Shown here one piece after another: positions 59,075 to 64,000 of a stretch of 64,000 nucleotides of DNA. Every line of letters starts with the position of its first letter. Position 1 is the first letter of the stretch. Made by a program: the position numbers and the translations under genes. Under the pieces are notes generated by a model that saw nothing but the letters and a program-made list of their open reading frames with translations, was not told the DNA's origin and searched no databases. The stretch comes from an uncultured Acidobacteriota bacterium (GTDB lineage Bacteria > Acidobacteriota > Thermoanaerobaculia > Multivoradales > JAHEKO01): the NCBI GenBank assembly GCA_963713825.1, contig CAVQNG010000025.1, positions 608,001 through 672,000 of the forward strand, in the 5' to 3' direction.

Positions 59075-60463
59075 ATGGCGACAGAAGTCATCATGCCCGA
59101 GATGGGCGAATCCATCGCCGAGGGCACCATCACGAAATGGCTGGTCCAGGTCGGAGAGCGAGTGGAGAGAGACCAGCCTTTGTTCGAGGTTTCGACCGAC
59201 AAGGTCGATGCCGAGATTCCCAGTCCGGCCTCCGGAACCCTCCTGGTGGTGCACCACGGGGAAGGTGCAACCGTTCAGGTCAATGAGCTGGTCGCCATCG
59301 TCGGGGAGCCTGGTGAGCAACCGGAGGCCCAACCGGTGGCGGCGCCGGCTGGAGTCGAGGCCCCGGTTGTCGAGGCCTCGGAGCCCATTGAGGCCGCGGT
59401 CGAACAACCTGCTCCCGTTGCGGAGCCCGCTCCGACGCAGCAGGTAGTGGTCGGCGAAGATAGTCAGCTTGTCGACAGAATTCGTCGGTTCTCGAGTCCA
59501 CTGGTCCGCAAGATGGCGGCTGCAGAGGGGGTCGATCTCTCGCAGATCCAGGGTACGGGAATCCAGGGACGGGTGACCAAGCAGGACATGCAGGAGTACT
59601 TGGAGCGCCGATCGGCGGCACCGCCTTCGACGGCAGCCCCACCTCCCGCTGCTCCGGCTTCGCCGATGCGCACGGCAGAAGTCGTCACAGCGGCTCGACG
59701 TGCGCCAGTCGGTGACTTTCAGGTCGCTGCCTACCACGAGGGGGACAACGTCGAGATCGAGCCGATGTCCAATATCCGTCGCCTGACGGCGTCTCATATG
59801 GTCTATTCCAAGGCCACTTCGGCGCACGTCAGCACGGTCTTCCACGTCGACCTGTCCAGAGTGGCCAAGGTGAGGGCCCGCGCCAAGCGAGGCTTCGCGC
59901 AGACCCACGGTACGAAGCTCACCTTCATGCCGTTCATCTTCAAGGCGGTGGCCAACGCGCTCACCGCCTTTCCAAATCTGAATTCGTCCATCGACGGCAC
60001 CAACATCGTGCACAAGAAGGACATCAACCTGGGTATGGCTGTCGCTCTCGATTGGGGCCTTCTGGTACCCGTCATCCGACACGCCGATCGGCTCAACCTC
60101 GTTGGCCTCGCGAAGACAGCCAACGATCTGGCCGAGCGCGCCCGAAGCAAGCGTCTGAGTCCGGAGGAAGTTCAGGGCGGCACTTTTACGGTGACAAACC
60201 CAGGAGTCTTCGGCTCGCTGTTCGGTACTCCCATCATCAATCAGCCCCAGGTGGCGATCCTGGGCATCGGGGCCATCGAGAAGCGTCCGGTGGTGGTGAA
60301 CGACGACGATGGTAACGACACCATCGCGATCAAGACCATGTGTTATTTCGCTCTGACCTTCGATCATCGCCTGGTCGACGGCGCCGAGGCCGACAGCTTC
60401 ATGAATCACCTCCGGCGAACCCTGCTGGAGGAGACCTGGTCGGAGCTCGATTCGTTTCAGTAG
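59075..60463 (+). CDS. 2-oxoacid dehydrogenase E2 (dihydrolipoamide acyltransferase, SucB/DlaT-like)
   Basis: Lipoyl domain STDKVD; E3-binding SPLVRK..GTG..GRVTKQD; GTFTVTN; DHRLVDG. Confidence 0.92.
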   Translation: MATEVIMPEMGESIAEGTITKWLVQVGERVERDQPLFEVSTDKVDAEIPSPASGTLLVVHHGEGATVQVNELVAIVGEPGEQPEAQPVAAPAGVEAPVVEASEPIEAAVEQPAPVAEPAPTQQVVVGEDSQLVDRIRRFSSPLVRKMAAAEGVDLSQIQGTGIQGRVTKQDMQEYLERRSAAPPSTAAPPPAAPASPMRTAEVVTAARRAPVGDFQVAAYHEGDNVEIEPMSNIRRLTASHMVYSKATSAHVSTVFHVDLSRVAKVRARAKRGFAQTHGTKLTFMPFIFKAVANALTAFPNLNSSIDGTNIVHKKDINLGMAVALDWGLLVPVIRHADRLNLVGLAKTANDLAERARSKRLSPEEVQGGTFTVTNPGVFGSLFGTPIINQPQVAILGIGAIEKRPVVVNDDDGNDTIAIKTMCYFALTFDHRLVDGAEADSFMNHLRRTLLEETWSELDSFQ

Positions 60464-60525
60464 CCGCGCCCTGGTCGAGCCCGTCGCGAGAGCACTCACG
60501 GAGCGCTCGAGACAACGGTCCACAG

Positions 60526-61218
60526 GTGAGAGGAATTACCCTGCGAGCTTTGGATTGGAGCTACCTCGGCACGCTGGACTACCGGCGATCGCTGGCGCTA
60601 CAGGAGTTACGCCGAGAGAAGCTTCGTGCCGGTCAGGCGAATGAAGCGTTGCTCCTACTCGAGCACCCTCACACCTACACGCTGGGCCGCAACGCCGATC
60701 GCGCCGACATCCTGGCCGGTTCGGATTGGTTGCAGTCCAGGGGAGTGAAAGTCGAGGAGTGTGACCGCGGCGGTCAGGTCACCTACCATGGTCCCGGCCA
60801 GCTCGTCGGCTATCCGATCCTCGACCTGAATCCAGATCGACGCGACCTGAGACGCTACGTGCGTGACTTGCAGGAAGTCCTGGTCCGTGTGTTGGCCGAG
60901 GTCGGCCTGGCCGCCGAGCCTCGTTCGAAGAGTCCTGAGATCGGCGTCTGGGTGGAGGGGAAGAAGATCGCCTCTCTCGGTGTTCATGTCAGTCGGTGGA
61001 TCACGACCCACGGATTCGCTCTCAACGTGAACACCGATCTGAGCTACTTTGCCGCCATTGTGCCGTGCGGCATCCAGGGAGTGGAGATGACGTCGGTCGC
61101 TGAGCTCACAGGAAGGAATCTGCCGCTGAAAGACCTGGCGGCCTTGTGTGTCCACCACACGGCCGAGGTCTTTCAACGTCGCCCGCTCGCCATGACTTCC
61201 GAAGAGTTGATGGGCTGA
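60526..61218 (+). CDS. lipB: Lipoyl(octanoyl) transferase
   Basis: LLEHPHTYTLGR, RGGQVTYHGPGQLVGYP, KIASLG, HGFALN, IVPCG. Start uncertain (60526-60550). Confidence 0.93.
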   Translation: MRGITLRALDWSYLGTLDYRRSLALQELRREKLRAGQANEALLLLEHPHTYTLGRNADRADILAGSDWLQSRGVKVEECDRGGQVTYHGPGQLVGYPILDLNPDRRDLRRYVRDLQEVLVRVLAEVGLAAEPRSKSPEIGVWVEGKKIASLGVHVSRWITTHGFALNVNTDLSYFAAIVPCGIQGVEMTSVAELTGRNLPLKDLAALCVHHTAEVFQRRPLAMTSEELMG

Positions 61219-61640
61219 TGACCTACCGGTTCGTCGAACATACGGCCGACGTCGGTGTCGAGCTCGAGGCGAGCAGCTACGAGGGATTGCTGTCCGAGGG
61301 TCTTTTGGCGCTCACTGACACTCTGACCGAGGTCGAGCGGGTGAGCCTGGAGATCGAGCTGTCCGTCGATCTCCGTGCGCCGAGTCGTGAGGATCTTTTG
61401 GTCGGTTGGCTCAACGAGCTGGTCTACCTCTTTGATTCGAAATCGGTGCTGCTGCGCCAATCGGACATCGGAGTCGGGAAAGAAGGCGGCGAGTGGCGTC
61501 TACGGGCAACGGTAGGCGGTGAGCGCTACGATCCTGAACGGCACCGTATCAAAACGCTGATCAAGGCGGTCACCTACCACCAACTGGCGGTGAGATCATC
61601 GACGTCTGGATGGCAGGCCCGAGTCGTCTTTGACATCTGA
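61218..61640 (+). CDS. Archease (RtcB activator)
   Basis: MTYRFVEHTADVG (HTAD), LVGWLNELVY, IKAVTYH, C-terminal VFDI; TGATG coupling to lipB; directly upstream of rtcB. Confidence 0.92.
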   Translation: MTYRFVEHTADVGVELEASSYEGLLSEGLLALTDTLTEVERVSLEIELSVDLRAPSREDLLVGWLNELVYLFDSKSVLLRQSDIGVGKEGGEWRLRATVGGERYDPERHRIKTLIKAVTYHQLAVRSSTSGWQARVVFDI

Positions 61641-61732
61641 TCCGGCGATACTTGCGGTAGTAGACCGACAGGACTAGCCTCTAGAGGACAGGCACGGCAA
61701 GACCAATCGTGTTCGGGTGGAGGATCGGATCG

Positions 61733-63169
61733 ATGAGAATCGAACAGGTCGATGAGTTCCGCTGGAGGATTCCCAAGCAGGGAAAGATGCAAGTCGATGG
61801 CCTGATCTTCGCGAGTGCAGCGATGATGAGCGACATCCGCCACGACCCATGCCTTCAACAAGTCGTCAACGTAGCTCATCTACCGGGGATTGTCGGGGCT
61901 TCCATGGCCATGCCCGATATCCACTGGGGCTATGGTTTTCCCATCGGTGGCGTCGCCGCAATGGACGGCAAGAAGGGTGTCGTCTCGCCGGGCGGTGTCG
62001 GCTACGACATCAACTGAGGCGTTCGCCTCTTGCGCTCAGGTCTGAGTCGCTCCGAAATCCAGCCCAAACTGAGGCACCTCGTGACCCGCCTCTATCAGAA
62101 CATCCCAACCGGCATCGGCAAGGGCCGTGGCGATCTGCGGTTGAATCGACAGGAGCTGACAGGGGTCATGACTCGAGGGGCGGCGTGGTGCGTCGACCGG
62201 GGGATGGGCTACGAAGAGGACTTGGAGTTCCTCGAGGAGAAAGGCTGTATCGAGGGAGCGCGGCCCGATCTGGTGACGGACAAGGCCTATCAACGAGGGC
62301 GAAGTCAGCTTGGATCGTTGGGCTCGGGGAATCACTTCGCGGAAATCCAGTATGTGGCTGAAATCTACGACGAAGTTGCAGCTACCGCTTTGGGCCTCTT
62401 CGAGGACCAGGTGACTCTGACGATTCACAGTGGATCGAGAGGCCTCGGTCACCAGGTCTGCACGGACCACCTCCGGGTGATGGTGGAAGCGGCGGCTCGG
62501 TACGGCATCGAGCTACCCGATCGTCAGCTCTGTTGCGCTCCCATTCAATCCGCGGAAGGACGCCATTACCTTGGTGCCATGTCGGCGGCCGCCAACTTCG
62601 CCTTCGCCAATCGGCAGGTCATGACGCACTGGGCTCGCGAGAGTTTCATGCAGACCCTGGGCCTGGGACCCGGCCGGGCTGGGCTCGACGTGGTTTACGA
62701 TGTCTGTCACAACATCGCGAAGTTCGAGACGTTCGAGCTCGACGGTAGGAGTCGACGCCTCTGCGTTCACCGCAAAGGAGCCACCCGGGCTTATCCACCC
62801 GGTCACCCGCAGACACCCGAGGCCTACAGGGAAGTCGGGCAGCCTGTATTGATTCCCGGGGATATGGGACGCTACTCCTATGTGCTCGTGGGAACCGAGA
62901 AAGCCTACCGTGAGACCTATGGCTCCACTTGTCATGGGGCGGGCAGAAGGCTCAGCCGCAAGCAGGCCAAGAAGCAGGCGAGAGGGAGAAGACTCTTGGA
63001 GGAGCTCGAAAATGAGGGTGTTGTGGTGATGGCCGCCGGAATGGGCACGGTAGCCGAGGAGATGCCCGAGGCATACAAAGACGTCTCGGTTGTGGTCGAC
63101 GTGGTTCAAGGCGCCGGGATCAGCCGCAAAGTCGCCCAACTGAAACCGATGGGAGTGATCAAGGGATGA
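61733..63169 (+). CDS. rtcB: RNA-splicing/repair ligase RtcB, 478 aa, with in-frame TGA (putative selenocysteine) at codon 95
   Basis: ORFs 61709-62017 and 62030-63169 are in the same frame, separated only by TGA 62015-62017: [81 protein letters not shown] at 61719-61723. Confidence 0.92.
62032..62050 (+). promoter_or_regulatory. Candidate bacterial SECIS element
   Basis: GCG-CUCA-[GGUC]-UGAG-U-CGC: 7-bp stem with a bulged U; the loop starts with G, 21 nt after the UGA. Confidence 0.78.
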
Positions 63170-64000
63170 GTGCCGAGAAACAGAGCGCCAGGTTCACTTC
63201 AGAGTCTATGGATGCGGCGGAGGCGACCGCTCCATCTTCTTCGGATCAACGAGCCGACGCGATTCTCGATCGCTGGCGGAGCGTGATTCCCGAGATCGAG
63301 TGGGCCGTGCAGGCGTCACTTATCGAACGGATCCGACGCCTCAAGAAGCAGCGAAAAGCCGTCATTCTGGCCCACAACTACCAGACGCCCGAGATCTTCT
63401 TTGGTGTCGCCGATTTCACCGGGGATTCGCTGGGTCTGGCGCGGCAGGGGTCCGAAACCGAGGCGGAGGTCATCGTCCTCTGTGGAGTCCACTTCATGGC
63501 GGAGACGGCGAAGATCTTGAGCCCAGAGAAGACGGTGCTCCTTCCCGACCAGGAGGCGGGTTGCTCCTTGGCCAGCTCATTAGCGGCCGGTGATGTGCGG
63601 CAGCTCCGCGAGCGCTATCCAGGAGTTCCCGTGGTGAGCTATGTGAATACTTCCGCGGCCGTCAAAGCGGAGTCCGATATCTGCTGTACCTCGGCGAACG
63701 CCGTGGAAGTGGTGCAGTCGCTCGATAGCGATCGGGTGATTCTTCTTCCGGACGAATACCTCGGCGACTACGTGGCGCGACACTCGGACGTGGAGATCAT
63801 TCGGTGGGAGGGCCGTTGCGAGGTCCATGAGCGCTTCTCTGCCGAGGAGGTGCGCGGCTATCGGCAGCAGCATCCTGGAATCCAGGTTCTGGCACACCCC
63901 GAATGTCCGAGCGACGTGCTGACGGAGGCGGATTTCGTCGGCTCGACCAGCGGCATGATTCGTCATCTCGAGAGCAGCCGGCCCGAGCGGGTCGTGCTGA
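63166..64000 (+). CDS. nadA: Quinolinate synthase, 5' part; runs off the right edge
   Basis: Manual translation from ATG 63166 (ATGA overlap with the rtcB stop): ILAHNYQ..GDSLGL..CGVHFMAETAK..AGCSLA..YVNTSA..CCTSANA..PDEYLG..CEVH..AHPEC. Confidence 0.93.
   Translation, partial: MSAEKQSARFTSESMDAAEATAPSSSDQRADAILDRWRSVIPEIEWAVQASLIERIRRLKKQRKAVILAHNYQTPEIFFGVADFTGDSLGLARQGSETEAEVIVLCGVHFMAETAKILSPEKTVLLPDQEAGCSLASSLAAGDVRQLRERYPGVPVVSYVNTSAAVKAESDICCTSANAVEVVQSLDSDRVILLPDEYLGDYVARHSDVEIIRWEGRCEVHERFSAEEVRGYRQQHPGIQVLAHPECPSDVLTEADFVGSTSGMIRHLESSRPERVVL

Noticed and set aside
58433-60523. 696-aa minus-strand ORF
   Set aside because: Antisense to lpdA and E2, both unambiguous; no motifs.
57584-61218. 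E3-E2-lipB without an E1 gene
   Set aside because: Split 2-oxoacid dehydrogenase loci are common; E1 is probably elsewhere.
61641-61732. Sigma54 promoter for rtcB (GGCACG near 61691)
   Set aside because: No GC at the -12 position (GG-N10-GC spacing not met) and no rtcR nearby.
62015-62017. Genome-wide UGA reassignment, or an intein/intron at the rtcB site
   Set aside because: Many genes here end in TGA at their expected C-termini (lexA, lpdA, archease, rtcB) and RF2 is present. The flanking residues are contiguous with no insertion, although RtcB inteins are known at this junction.
1-64000. CRISPR arrays, IS elements, prophage or defence genes
   Set aside because: No spaced direct repeats and no transposase, integrase, phage or nuclease motifs recognised by eye.

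Overview
GC-rich bacterial chromosomal segment, almost fully coding, with about 50 housekeeping and accessory genes and one tRNA-Pro(CGG). I see no transposase, prophage or CRISPR array. The gene content (Acidobacteria-type VWA protein, lpdA-E2-lipB block, long GreA) suggests Acidobacteriota, possibly Thermoanaerobaculia-like; this is inference only. The standout is at the right end: an archease-rtcB RNA-ligase pair. The RtcB catalytic metal-binding cysteine codon (motif GYDIN-C-GVR) is an in-frame TGA at 62015-62017. It is followed by a hairpin whose apex, CAGGUCUG, matches the E. coli fdhF SECIS apex, and all downstream RtcB motifs are intact. This points to a selenocysteine-containing RtcB that gene callers would split in two. 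Other points of interest: a prfB +1 frameshift with a non-canonical CTT-TGA-G context; an unexplained 113-nt structured element with a perfect 19-bp closing stem and switchable inner pairings (14766-14878); a PilT-like ATPase with a coiled-coil tail and internal RBS/ATG; a palindrome at the divergent lexA/bactofilin promoters; a probable CC-adding enzyme; an EF-G paralogue with Tyr at the catalytic His; and an OPT-transporter remnant next to the tRNA. All family calls are motif recognition by eye; no searches were run.
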